Assembly: GCA_950097015.1 (NCBI GenBank)
Contig: CATNEN010000007.1
Location: 2,790,001-2,854,000 of the forward strand
DNA length: 64,000 nt
From: Macrostomum hystrix
Lineage: Eukaryota; Animalia; Platyhelminthes
Direction of reading: 5' to 3'
Below the pieces are notes generated by a model. That model was not told where the DNA came from and made no database searches. It saw only the letters and a program-made list of their open reading frames with translations. Positions 32,506 through 44,700 of this stretch are shown here, in pieces; the stretch's first letter is position 1, and every line of letters begins with the position of its first letter. The translations under genes and the position numbers were made by a program.

Positions 32506-32822
32506 CTTAAGAATTCTAAAAATGGAATGTGTGTTTATTCGTCGTAGAGTCTGAGCCGTCCAGCTGCAATTATGGACTACTGTCTATGGGCTAAACCTGT
32601 CTACCATATAGAAAGTCTACGTTATTAAAATTCTTTAAAGCCCCGATGCTCTGTGCTATATTTTGCCAAACTTTTAGTTTTAACTTTTAATTTCCGTATA
32701 ATCGTTCCCTACACTGGCCATCAAAACACACTATAATACTGACTAGCGAAATTCTCAGTGTTAAACTGGCTCAGAAGGGCCTCCGCCAACACCAGCGACC
32801 GCCGACCACCGCATCGGTGAAT

Positions 32823-34601
32823 ATGGAAGCAATAGGTAAATATGAAAGACTGCAAATAGAACAGCTTTGAATTATTTTTTAAATAATTTTCACCTAGTTT
32901 TGACCAGCGGTTGTAGCCTAGTGGTTAGGGCGTCGGACTGATGACTTGAAGGTCGGGGGTTCGATTCCTGACTCCACAGGAACATTTTGTGTCCTTTAGC
33001 AAGTTGACTCTGAACTGCTTCAGTTCACCAAGCTGTTAGATGGGTACCAGCATTAGCTGGGGTAATTGAGGGTGGGTGTGGCGTCTACCCCAGTCCATGG
33101 ACTGAACAGACGTACGCAGCCTTCAGATGCGCCGCGCAATGATTACAGCTCAATTCAATTATATGCAGATCAATGTCTACAATTCTTTTGACAAAAATTT
33201 CCGACACAGACGCGTTCTCAAAGCCGCGAGCGAGCAGCGGCAGTTACAACCTGAAGCCGAGGCAGCAGGGTGGAATCGAGGGACAGCGCTTCGGCTCCGC
33301 GTCGCCAGAGCCGCAGCTCTCCTCAGCCAGTTGCGCCGTTCAGCTCGATCAGAGCGCCGCAGCTCGTCAGCTGATAGCCTCCCTGAGCGGCACCGTCGAG
33401 GCAGGTTGCACCGTCCTGGAAGAGGTTCGACGACGCCTACGGCCAGTAGCTGTTCGGCCAGCCACTGCCACAGCAGCTGCAGCCTCTGTTGGCGACTTTC
33501 GCGGCTGCCTCCGGCATCGAGATTGGGACAAAGGAGAGACCACGTCCTCTTCGTCAACCGATGGCGGCCAGGCGGACAACTTCGAGAGCGTGATTCGGCT
33601 GACAAGGCAGCGGCTGCGGCCCGCGGCCGAGAGTCGACAGCCGCCAAAGGCTGAAGCTGCCGCCGCGGCTGCTACTGCGGCCGCCGCAGCCGCCGATCCC
33701 GAAGACGAAGCGGCGCTCTGGGGCTCGCCGGACTTTGCTGAACTGCTGCGTCGCCGGCTGCGCAGCCTCCGACCGGCGCAGGAGGCTCCGCCATGGATGT
33801 CTCAGCTGGCTGCAGCCGCCGGGCGTCGGATGCTGACGCCAACAGCTGTAGAGAGCCAGTTGCCGCCGCCTCTGAAACCCGGCGACACCGACACCGACTC
33901 CCAGGCCGGCTCGGAAATTGTTAGTTTCGGTCGTACTCCGTCCACAACCACTGGCGATCTTCCACAGCACGACGAGGAGGCCTTCGATGACGACAAAGGC
34001 GTTGATCTCCAACATTGCGATCGTGCCGATGGGGTCGATGTCAGTGCAAACATCGGTGCGAACTTTGGTTCCACTGAGAATCATTCAGAACATTGTAGCG
34101 AATTTGCCCCGAGGACTGGAGCTGCAGCAGTGCCCGAGATGGCTACATCGCCATCGCCGGTACGTCGGGAGCTCACGGGGCCGCCGGAGGCCAAGGATAG
34201 CGCTGAGCACAGGTGAGGCTTTAAGTTTTATCAAATAAAACTATAGAGTGCCGCAGTGAGACTGGCCGCACCTGTTTCTTCCTCACAGACCAGTCAGCGT
34301 CCAGTCGGAACACGAGACCTCAAGGGACTCGGGGCCTCAGCCGTCTTTGACGTCCCTGCCGCAGTTTGAAGTACCTCCGGCTTCGCAAAATACCGCGTCC
34401 AAGTACCTCGCAACCGTCGCGGCGGCACACTTTGAGCGCCTCGGTCTGGCCTCGGAGCGGCAGCAACAGCGGCGGCGGCTGCGGCTCCTGCAGCGACTGG
34501 GGCCTCAAAGCAAGTTGGGCCTCGTTGAAGCTGGGGGATCCGCGGCCGAGAGGCTGAGCGGCAGCTCCTCTCAGGATGATGAGGTGCCGCAGCTGAGTTG
34601 A
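32823..34601 (+). CDS. Unknown low-complexity protein with WH2-like and DFRxxL-like motifs; exons 32823-32835 (tentative start), 33210-34212, 34289-34601
   Basis: GC-rich ORF with good acceptors (33209, 34288) and donors (32836, 34213) in consistent phases. The start is uncertain and upstream exons may exist. No family recognised. Confidence 0.6.
32903..33150 (+). mobile_element. SINE family C, full-length copy (tRNA head + CORE-like domain)
   Basis: A box TAGCCTAGTGG at 32914, B box GGTTCGATTCC at 32958. TGTGTCCTTTAGCAAGTT..TTCAGTTCACCAAGCTGTTAGATGGG resembles the MIR CORE sequence TGTGACCTTGGGCAAGTT..CTCAGTTTCCTCATCTGTAAAATGGG. Confidence 0.78.
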
Positions 34602-35076
34602 TTGAAAATGTGCTCATTGATTTTAAATGACAACTGCTTGGGCATTTATGACACGGTACCTGAGTCACCCCTCTATTTCATTTCTAATCTTCATTTGCAC
34701 TCTTTATTACCCAAACTTTCCATCCATTTTATTTACACTTAGAGGCGTTTCCCGCTTAGCTTTTTGACTAATTGAGGGATTTTATTTCTCTGTAATGAAA
34801 TGATCCAAGGGACATCCGTTTTGGCGAGAATAAAGCGTTGCAACGTACTGTGCAAATTCTCTGCTGATTTTAGGCAGCGAGTGGTGCTAAATTTGACTCG
34901 ACAATCAGTTAAAAGACAGCAGTATACGAATTGCATAATTTCGGATGCTGCTAATGATAGAGATACCTGTGAAATTCCACTCGCCACAACGTCCTAGCTG
35001 CAATGGACGCACCCAGTGTCTTGACACGCACGGACTATTGTCTGAGATAATCTCTTAGATAAGATTGTGAGATCTT

Positions 35077-35918
35077 AATGTGACTCTCTGAAGGTGACTT
35101 CTTGGATTCTCTCTGAAGGTGACTTCTTGGAGCTTCTCTGGATGTGACTTCTTGGAGCCTCTCTGAAGGTGACTTCTTGGAGTCTCTCTGAAGGTGACTT
35201 CTTGGAGCCTCTCTGAAGGTGACTTCTTGGAGTCTCTCTGAATGTGACTTCTTGGAGTCTCTCTGAAGGTGACTTCTTGGAGCCTCTCTGAAGGTGACTT
35301 CTTGGAGCCTCTCTGAAGGTGACTTCTTGGAGCCTCTCTGAAGGTGACTTCTTGGAGTCTCTCTGAAGGTGACTTCTTGGAGCCTCTCTGAAGGTGACTT
35401 CTTGGAGTCTCTCTAAAGGTGACTTCTTGGAGTCTCTCTGAAGGTGACTTCTTGGAGCCTCTCTGAAGGTGACTTCTTGGAGTCTCTCTGAAGGTGACTT
35501 CTTGGAGCCTCTCTGAAGGTGACTTCTTGGAGTCTCTCTGAAGGTGACTTCTTGGAGCCTCTCTGAAGGTGACTTCTTGGAGCTTCTCTGAAGGTGACTT
35601 CTTGGAGCCTCTCTGAAGGTGACTTCTTGGAGTCTCTCTGAAGGTGACTTCTTGGAGTCTCTCTGAAGGTGACTTCTTGGAGCCTCTCTGAAGGTGACTT
35701 CTTGGAGCTTCTCTGAAGGTGACTTCTTGGAGCCTCTCTGAAGGTGACTTCTTGGAGCTTCTCTGAAGGTGACTTCTTGGAGCCTCTCTGAAGGTGACTT
35801 CTTGGAGTCTCTCTGAAGGTGACTTCTTGGAGCCTCTCTGAATGTGACTTCTTGGAGCCTCTCTGAAGGTGACTTCTTGGAGCCTCTCTGAAGGTGACTT
35901 CTTGGAGCCTCTCTGAAG
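35077..35918. repeat. 24-bp minisatellite
   Basis: CTCTGAAGGTGACTTCTTGGAGYY units. ORFs 35055..35948 and 35413..35961 are repeat translations. Confidence 0.96.
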
Positions 35919-36268
35919 GCAGCCTTTTGTCGTCAAATGAATAAGCATAAGAAGAGTGCACAGTCCTGCCCTGGCCTTGTGTTGATAGCGGTGTGAAGGA
36001 TTCAGTACCTTAGCTGTTTTGAAATTTTCCCGCCGAAAAATAGTAACTTGTCACGATATGTTCCTCATTTATTCGCCTTTTTTGTTGATTTTATGAATTA
36101 GATCGCTTATAGTACTTAAAGTAGAACGGCCTGTATCGAAAACGAAGTAACGAAGAAAAATGCTCCCATTGTTAAATGAGCTTCTGATGTAATTTTTTAA
36201 TTAATAAATACAAAAAATATTAATGTTTTGATAATACTCGTAATTGCACAATACAAACAGTCAGTCAG

Positions 36269-36910
36269 TCAGTTCCGGACAACTCCCACAATGTTGGCAT
36301 AGACCACGTCAGCAGCAGGACCAGAACTTCTGTCGCCGCGCAAAACCAGAGTCGCCGAAGCGGCGCAGCCATCGACAGTGCCAGGAGCAGCAGCGGAGCG
36401 ACTTGCCGACGACGGCTCACTCAGGGCCTCCTTGTCGATGTCTGCGTACACGGTGGCTCTTTGACCGCTGCCGCCTCCACCGGCGCCACTGCCACCTTCA
36501 ACACGGCCTCGAACAGCCTCCGTACGATCACCTTCTGCAGCGTCATCCTCGACTGGAGCAGCCGACGCCGCCGCGGACCTTCTCTGGCGCAGGAAGTTGT
36601 TGAGCTGAGTTTGAGCTCGCTCCCACTCACGAATGTCCTCGGCGAATGCGGCGCTGCCGGAGTAGTTCACCGAGCTCCCGCCAGAGACTGGGGCCTGCGG
36701 TAGTCGGGGTGTTATGCAGAAAGGCAAGATGTTATGCAGGAAGACAAGATGTTATGCAGAAATGCATGTTACGCAGATAGCAAAGATGTTATTTCAACAA
36801 CTATCGTGTTAGACAAAAAACTTCTACTATCAAAAGCTAGAAACCGGCAGCAAACTTACCGCATCACCTGGTCGCTTTTTGGGTGTTATGGAGCGAAAGC
36901 AGCAGAACAT
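36269..36910 (-). CDS. Putative small adaptor protein, 158 aa; exons 36910-36860 and 36694-36269; N-terminal MFCCF plus two Tyr motifs
   Basis: ATG TTC TGC TGC TTT..GAT GCG|GTAAGT donor, then acceptor accgcag|GCC in phase 0. Exon 2 is GC-rich and contains TVYADI and VVYANI. The 5' structure has an alternative model. Confidence 0.5.
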
Positions 36911-37534
36911 GTTTTATTGTTAATCGTCACAATTGCACTTTTTAATTAGTTGACATAAATATAAAAATATTCGCTGCAATCGTCACTCGAAACGATGCAA
37001 TCGGAATGCCTGCTATATAGATACAATGAGAATAATATCTGGGGCTAATGTGAGGTTGTGAAACAATTTATCGCATTGTAAACATTTTCAGAATGTGCTT
37101 AGGACTAAGTAGAGACTGTTATTGCTGCAGCCCAATGTAACATTTTAGCCGAGATATTTGTACATTTGCTTAGATATACTTGAGACACTAGCGATCCATT
37201 GCAAAGGACGGAAATTCTAATTGAACTTACTTGTTTCACTGTACCTGTTTGCCTGGCCTGTGCGTACAACGCTAAGCGATAGGCAATTTGGAGAAGTCAG
37301 AAATGCAATTTGTTCGGCCAGGCTGTAGAAACCAGAGCTAATTAAAATATTCCTAATACGAATTTTAACCTGTGGTAGAGCCGTTTAAAGTAAAACTGTT
37401 CTGAAATGTATCTTTCATGCCTATTTAGCCTTGTTCTGCATTTGCACTGCCTGGATAGACTGCCAGAAAAACTGAATCCGCGCTTAAACACCCAATTGAA
37501 CATGTGGAACAGCTTAGCCGAAATGGTTGAGCAT

Positions 37535-38150
37535 TGGGTAGATGGATGGGTGAGTGGGTGAATGGATGGGTGAGTGGATGAATGGATGGGTGAGTGGGTG
37601 AATGGATGGGTGAGTGGGTGAATGGATGGGTGAGTGGGTAAATGGATGGGTGAGTGGGTGAATGGATGGGTGAGTGGATGAATGGATGGGTGAGTGGGTG
37701 AATGGATGGGTGAGTGGGTGAATGGATTGGTGAGTGGGTTAATGGATGGGTGAGTGGGTGAATGGATTGGTGAGTGGGTGAATGGGTGAGTAAGTTGGTG
37801 AATCGATGGAAGAGTGGGTGAATGGATGAGTGAGTTGGTGAATGGATGGAAGAGATGGTGAATGGATGGGTGAGTGGGTAAATGGATGGGTGAGAGGGTG
37901 AATGGATGAGTGAGTTGGTGAATGGATGGAAGAGTGGGTGAGTGGGTGAATGGATGGGTGAGTGGGTGAATGGATGGGTGAGAGGGTGAATGGATGAGTG
38001 AGTTGGTGAATGGATGGAAGAGTGGGTGAGTGGGTGAATGGATGGGTGAGTGAGTGGGTAAATGGATGGGTAAGTGGGTGAATGGATGCGTGAGTGGGTG
38101 AATGGATGGGTGAGAGGGTGAATGGATGAGTGAGTGGGTGAATAGATGAG
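37535..38150. repeat. 20-bp purine-rich minisatellite
   Basis: AATGGATGGGTGAGTGGGTG units. Confidence 0.95.
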
Positions 38151-38768
38151 CAGGCATGTGAATTCATGGTTGTTTGAGGAAGTCAACTGGGTGCTGAGAA
38201 AAGTATTTTAAGAAAAACAGTTGACCATAGTTCTGTAATCAAATTGTCCTCAATTTTCAAACAGACCGGAGATAAAAATTAAACCGGTACAAAGGCTGAA
38301 ACCGCACAAAGAGATGTCAATTAATTTATTTCTCAAATAGTTTCTCTTGCATTGAACAACTTGGCAACCAATCACCAGTCTAATTTAAACTGGAAAAATC
38401 TTAAGATTTATATTACTGTCAAGAGTTTGGTCTAAGTAGTATATAGAATAGCCACAACTAAAGCGAGCGAATAAATATAGGTAAATACTATTTTAATTCT
38501 TAGGGATTTGGGAAATTTGTGGGTAGAAAAATCTGAACAGAAGGAAAAATTCACCGTAAAATGGCTTGAAAATTTGCCAGATAAAGAAAATATGAAACTG
38601 GTAGGCGCTGAAGCTTATTACTAATAGTAGGAATGAAGCCTAGTAAAGGTCTAGAATAATCTTACTAATGTAGTTTAAATATTGTTTTTTGCTAAACTAA
38701 TCGAGATAAAAAACACGATTTGAAAATTTGAATTCTTTGTCTTCAAGGTTAATTAAGAAATTCATTAT

Positions 38769-41700
38769 TTAAGCCTTCAGAATTTCTAGAGCAGCCTTCA
38801 CAATGGCATCCGAGTCGATGTTGAACATTGCCAGCAGCTCCTGCGGCTTGCCACTGCGCGGCACAGCGTTCACCGCCAGGCGACGCACCGGCACACCTGG
38901 TAGGGCGGCGGCTACAGCTTCGCCAAGGCCGCCTTCGGGATAATGGTCCTCGACTGTGAGCACCCGATTGGCTGTGGCGTTGGCGCAGGAGCGCAACAGC
39001 TCGGCGTCGATTGGTTTCAGAGTGAACGGATCAACAATCCTGGCCGAGATGCCGTGCTGATTGGCCAGCTTGTCGGCTGCGGCGAGGGCCTCCGTCAGGG
39101 TCACACCGGCGCCAACGATGGTGATCTGCGGTGGGGGACGGACGGCAGCCATTGATATCCCGCTTTGTTTCTCTGACATCCTAGTAAATCTCTGACACCC
39201 TTAGTAAATCTCTGACTCCCTTAGTAAATCTCTGACACCCTTAGTAAATCTCTGACACCCTTAGTAAATCTCTGACTCCCTTAGTAAATCTCTGACACCC
39301 TTAGTAAATCTCTTACACCCTTAGTAAATGTCTGACTCCCTTAGTAAATCTCTGACTCCCTTAGTAAATCTCTGACACCCTTAGTAAATCTCTTACACCC
39401 TTAGTAAATGTCTGACTCCCTTAGTAAATCTCTGACACCCTCAGTAAATCTCTGACTCCCTTAGTAAATCTCTGACACCCTTAGTAAATCTCTTACACCC
39501 TTAGTAAATGTCTGACTCCCTTAGTAAATCTCTGACTCCCTTAGTAAATCTCTGACACCCTTAGTAAATGTCTGACACCCTTAGTAAATCTCTGACACCC
39601 TTAGTAAATCTCTGACTACCTTAGTAAATCTCTGACACCCTTAGTAAATCTCTGACACCCTTAGTAAATCTCTGACACCCTTAGTAAATGTCTGACACCC
39701 TTAGTAAATCTCTGACACCCTTAGTAAATCTCTGACTCCCTTAGTAAATCTCTGACACCCTTAGTAAATGTCTGACACCCTTAGTAAATCTCTGACACCC
39801 TTAGTAAATCTCTGACACCCTTAGTAAATCTCTGACTCCCTTAGTAAATCTCTGACACCCTTAGTAAATCTCTGACACCCTTAGTAAATGTCTGACACCC
39901 TTAGTAAATCTCTGACACGATTAACAAATATATGACAACTTTAATAATTTTTTTACACCTTAAATAATCTGACACCCATAAATAATCGTTGACATCCACA
40001 ATAAATCTTCGACAGTCTTAATACCTCTGACAGCCATTAAAATATGACACTCTTAAAATATACTTGACACCCCTGATAATCCGTGACACTTAATTCCAGT
40101 CTCACCTTATCAGCATCCGACTGGCGCACAATGTGCCCTTTGCCAACTTGAAAAGCGGTCTCATCGCCATAGAGAATGGCCTGATTTGGTCGCGAGGTGC
40201 GAATGAAACAGATGCCGCGGGTGTTGGCGGCCAGTTCAACGGCCCGCTCGGCGCTGACAGCGTCAGACGGATAGAAGACGGTGGAGCCGGGCAGGGCTCG
40301 AAACATGGCCAGATCTTCCAGTGCCATCTGGCTGGGGCCGTCCTCGCCGATGCTGATGCCAGCGTGGCTGCCAACGAAATTGGCGTCAGTCTGGCTGATG
40401 GCCGCCATGCGCAGCTGGTCGAAGGTGCGAGTCAGGAAGGCGGCGAATGTCGACGCGAAGACAATGTGACGCCGGCGACAGGCGATGCCGACGGCTACGC
40501 CGACCATGTTCTGCTCGGCGATGTAGCACTCGACGAATCTCTGGGGGAATTTCTGCAAGAGAAATGAGGGCGACTTTGTTGGAAACATCTGCGAGTAGCC
40601 TAATCGAATTAAAATACTGGATTGCAAGTCGCGCCTCAGTCAGAGAAACAGTCATAGAGAGAGACTCAGTCATAGAGAAACAGTCATTGAGAATCAGTCA
40701 TAGAGAATCAGTCATAGGGAATCAGTCATAGGGAATCAGTCATAGAGACTCAGTCATAGAGAATCAGTCATAGAGAATCAGTCATAGAGAATCAGTCATA
40801 GAGAATCAGTCATAGAGAATCAGTCATAGAGAAACAGTCAAAGAGACTCAGTCATAGAGACTCAGTCATAGAGACTCAGTCATAGAGACTCAGTCATAGA
40901 GAATCAGTCATAGAGAATCAGTCATAGAGAAACAGTCAAAGAGACTCAGTCAAAGAGACTCAGTCATAGAGACTCAGTCATAGAGACTCAGTCATAGAGA
41001 ATCAGTCATAGAGAATCAGTCATTGAGACTCAGTCATAGAGAATCAGTCATTGAGAATCAGTCATAGAGAATCAGTCATTGAGAATCAGTCATAGAGAAT
41101 CAGTCATAGAGAATCAGTCATAGAGAATCAATCATAGAAAATCAGTCATAGAAAAACAGTCATGTTACAGTGGAGCGACATCCAAATGTTACAGCGGAGT
41201 GACATCCAAATGTTACAGCGGAGTGACATCCAAATGTTACAGCAAATGACAGAACTTCAACAAATGACAGAACTCTAGCTCACCTGAGCAAACTTCAAGC
41301 TGAAGGTGGAATTCTTTGTATCGCCGTCCAGAGCTACAATCCGCTGATTGGCCTCGCCCAGTTTGACCAGCGCGTTGCCATAGGCCAGCCGCGTGGCCAC
41401 CTGCTCGGTCGAAGCATAGCCGGGCGGTCGAGACAGGCGAACAGGCGAGTCGACGCTGTCGCCATCGAGCGGAGCGGGCGCCGGTTCCGCCGGCAAGGTC
41501 GGGCAGAGTCCCGGAGCCGGGCCGGACAGAACGTCGCGAATGTTGACCAGAGCGGAATTAGATTTATCGCCTAGCGGCTTGCCGTGAAAGTCCAGCTGGT
41601 CCTCCACACCGACGAAGCCTTTGCCCTGTTGTGGGTTTCAGCGAGACACGAACATTGAGGCTTTGACACTACTATGAGCGATGGTCATAGTTCTGAATAA

Positions 41701-44700
41701 GGAGCTTGTGATCTTGCAATCTTGCGATGGTCATAATTCTGAATAAGGAGGTTGTGATCTTGCAATACTATGAGTGATGGTCATAGTTCTGAATAAGGAG
41801 TTTGTGATCTTGCAATACTATGAGTGATGGTCATAGTTCTGAATAAGGAGTTTGTGATCTAACAATACTATGAGCGATGGTCATAGTTCTGAATAAGGAG
41901 TTTGTGATCTTGCAATACTATGAGCGATGGTCATAGTTCTGAATAAGGAGCTTGTGATCTTGCAATACTATGAGCGATGGTCATAGTTCTGAATAAGGAG
42001 CTTGTGATCTAACAATACTATGAGTGATGGTCATAGTTCTGAATAAGGAGCTTGTGATCTAACAATACTATGAGCGATGGTCATAGTTCTGAATAAGGAG
42101 CTTGTGATCTTGCAATACTATGAGCGATGGTCATAATTCTGAATAAGGAGGTTGTGATCTTGCAATACTATGAGTGATGGTCATAGTTCTGAATAAGGAG
42201 TTTGTGATCTTGCAATACTATGAGTGATGGTCATAGTTCTGAATAAGGAGTTTGTGATCTAACAATACTATGAGCGATGGTCATAGTTCTGAATAAGGAG
42301 TTTGTGATCTTGCAATACTATGAGCGATGGTCATAGTTCTGAATAAGGAGCTTGTGATCTTGCAATACTATGAGCGATGGTCATAGTTCTGAATAAGGAG
42401 CTTGTGATCTAACAATACTATGAGTGATGGTCATAGTTCTGAATAAGGAGCTTGTGATCTAACAATACTATGAGCGATGGTCATAGTTCTGAATAAGGAG
42501 CTTGTGATCTAACAATACTATGAGTGATGGTCATAGTTCTGAATAAGGAGCTTGTGATCTTGCAATACTATGAGTGATGGTCATAGTTCTGAATAAGGAG
42601 TTTGTGATCTAACAATACTATGAGCGATGGTCATAGTTCTGAATAAGGAGTTTGTGATCTTGCAATACTATGAGTGATGGTCATAGTTCTGAATAAGGAG
42701 TTTGTGATCTTGCAATACTATGAGTGATGGTCATAGTTCTGAATAAGGAGCTTGTGATCTAACAATACTATGAGCGATGGTCATAGTTCTGAATAAGGAG
42801 CTTGTGATCTAACAATACTATGAGTGATGGTCATAGTTCTGAATAAGGAGCTTGTGATCTTGCAATACTATGAGTGATGGTCATAGTTCTGAATAAGGAG
42901 CTTGTGATCTAACAATACTATGAGTGATGGTCATAGTTCTGAATAAGGAGTTTGTGATCTTGCAATACTATGAGCGATGGTCATAGTTCTGAATAAGGAG
43001 CTTGTGATCTTGCAATACTATGAGCGATGGTCATAGTTCTGAATAAGGAGCTTGTGATCTAACAATACTATGAGTGATGGTCATAGTTCTGAATAAGGAG
43101 CTTGTGATCTAACAATACTATGAGCGATGGTCATAGTTCTGAATAAGGAGCTTGTGATCTTGCAATACTATGAGCGATGGTCATAATTCTGAATAAGGAG
43201 GTTGTGATCTTGCAATACTATGAGTGATGGTCATAGTTCTGAATAAGGAGTTTGTGATCTTGCAATACTATGAGTGATGGTCATAGTTCTGAATAAGGAG
43301 TTTGTGATCTAACAATACTATGAGCGATGGTCATAGTTCTGAATAAGGAGTTTGTGATCTTGCAATACTATGAGCGATGGTCATAGTTCTGAATAAGGAG
43401 CTTGTGATCTTGCAATACTATGAGCGATGGTCATAGTTCTGAATAAGGAGCTTGTGATCTAACAATACTATGAGTGATGGTCATAGTTCTGAATAAGGAG
43501 CTTGTGATCTAACAATACTATGAGCGATGGTCATAGTTCTGAATAAGGAGCTTGTGATCTAACAATACTATGAGTGATGGTCATAGTTCTGAATAAGGAG
43601 CTTGTGATCTTGCAATACTATGAGTGATGGTCATAGTTCTGAATAAGGAGTTTGTGATCTAACAATACTATGAGCGATGGTCATAGTTCTGAATAAGGAG
43701 TTTGTGATCTTGCAATACTATGAGTGATGGTCATAGTTCTGAATAAGGAGTTTGTGATCTTGCAATACTATGAGTGATGGTCATAGTTCTGAATAAGGAG
43801 CTTGTGATCTAACAATACTATGAGCGATGGTCATAGTTCTGAATAAGGAGCTTGTGATCTAACAATACTATGAGTGATGGTCATAGTTCTGAATAAGGAG
43901 CTTGTGATCTTGCAATACTATGAGTGATGGTCATAGTTCTGAATAAGGAGCTTGTGATCTAACAATACTATGAGCGATGGTCATAGTTCTGAATAAGGAG
44001 TTTGTGATCTTGCAATACTATGAGTGATGGTCATAGTTCTGAATAAGGAGCTTGTGATCTTGCAATACTATGAGTGATGGTCATAGTTCTGAATAAGGAG
44101 TTTGTGATCTTGCAATACTATGAGCGATGGTCATAGTTCTGAATAAGGAGCTTGTGATCTAACAATACTATGAGCGATGGTCATAGTTCTGAATAAGGAG
44201 TTTGTGATCTTGCAATACTATGAGTGATGGTCATAGTTCTGAATAAGGAGTTTGTGATCTTGCAATACTATGAGTGATGGTCATAGTTCTGAATAAGGAG
44301 CTTGTGATCCTGCAATACTATGAGCGATGGTCATAATTCTGAATAAGGAGGTTGTGATCTGGCAATACTTAAATATGTTAACAGTAGAACTACCAAGGGA
44401 GGTTTCCCCCTGACCATTTTTTGTGCTGCACCCGAACGGAGCAACGCAAGCACACGAAACTCAAGAACACGGGCCAACTTTTTGTTGCGCATCTTCTGAA
44501 ACAAGAATCGAGTCACCAGCTCTTCACTGGGAATATCTCGATCAGAGCTAATCGAGATATTAAATGGTTCAAACACGAATTAGCACTGCGCCTCAGTGCG
44601 GCCTTGCCAGGCCTTTAAAATTGATTAGCATGTCACCCGAATGTGCCTGCATCATCTCCGTATGGCTTGGTAGTCCTACTGTTAACAAGCGTTTGTTAGG

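Noticed and set aside
32903-32975. Possible functional tRNA gene
   Set aside because: A and B boxes are present, but the anticodon and acceptor stems pair poorly and the sequence continues into a repeated SINE body.
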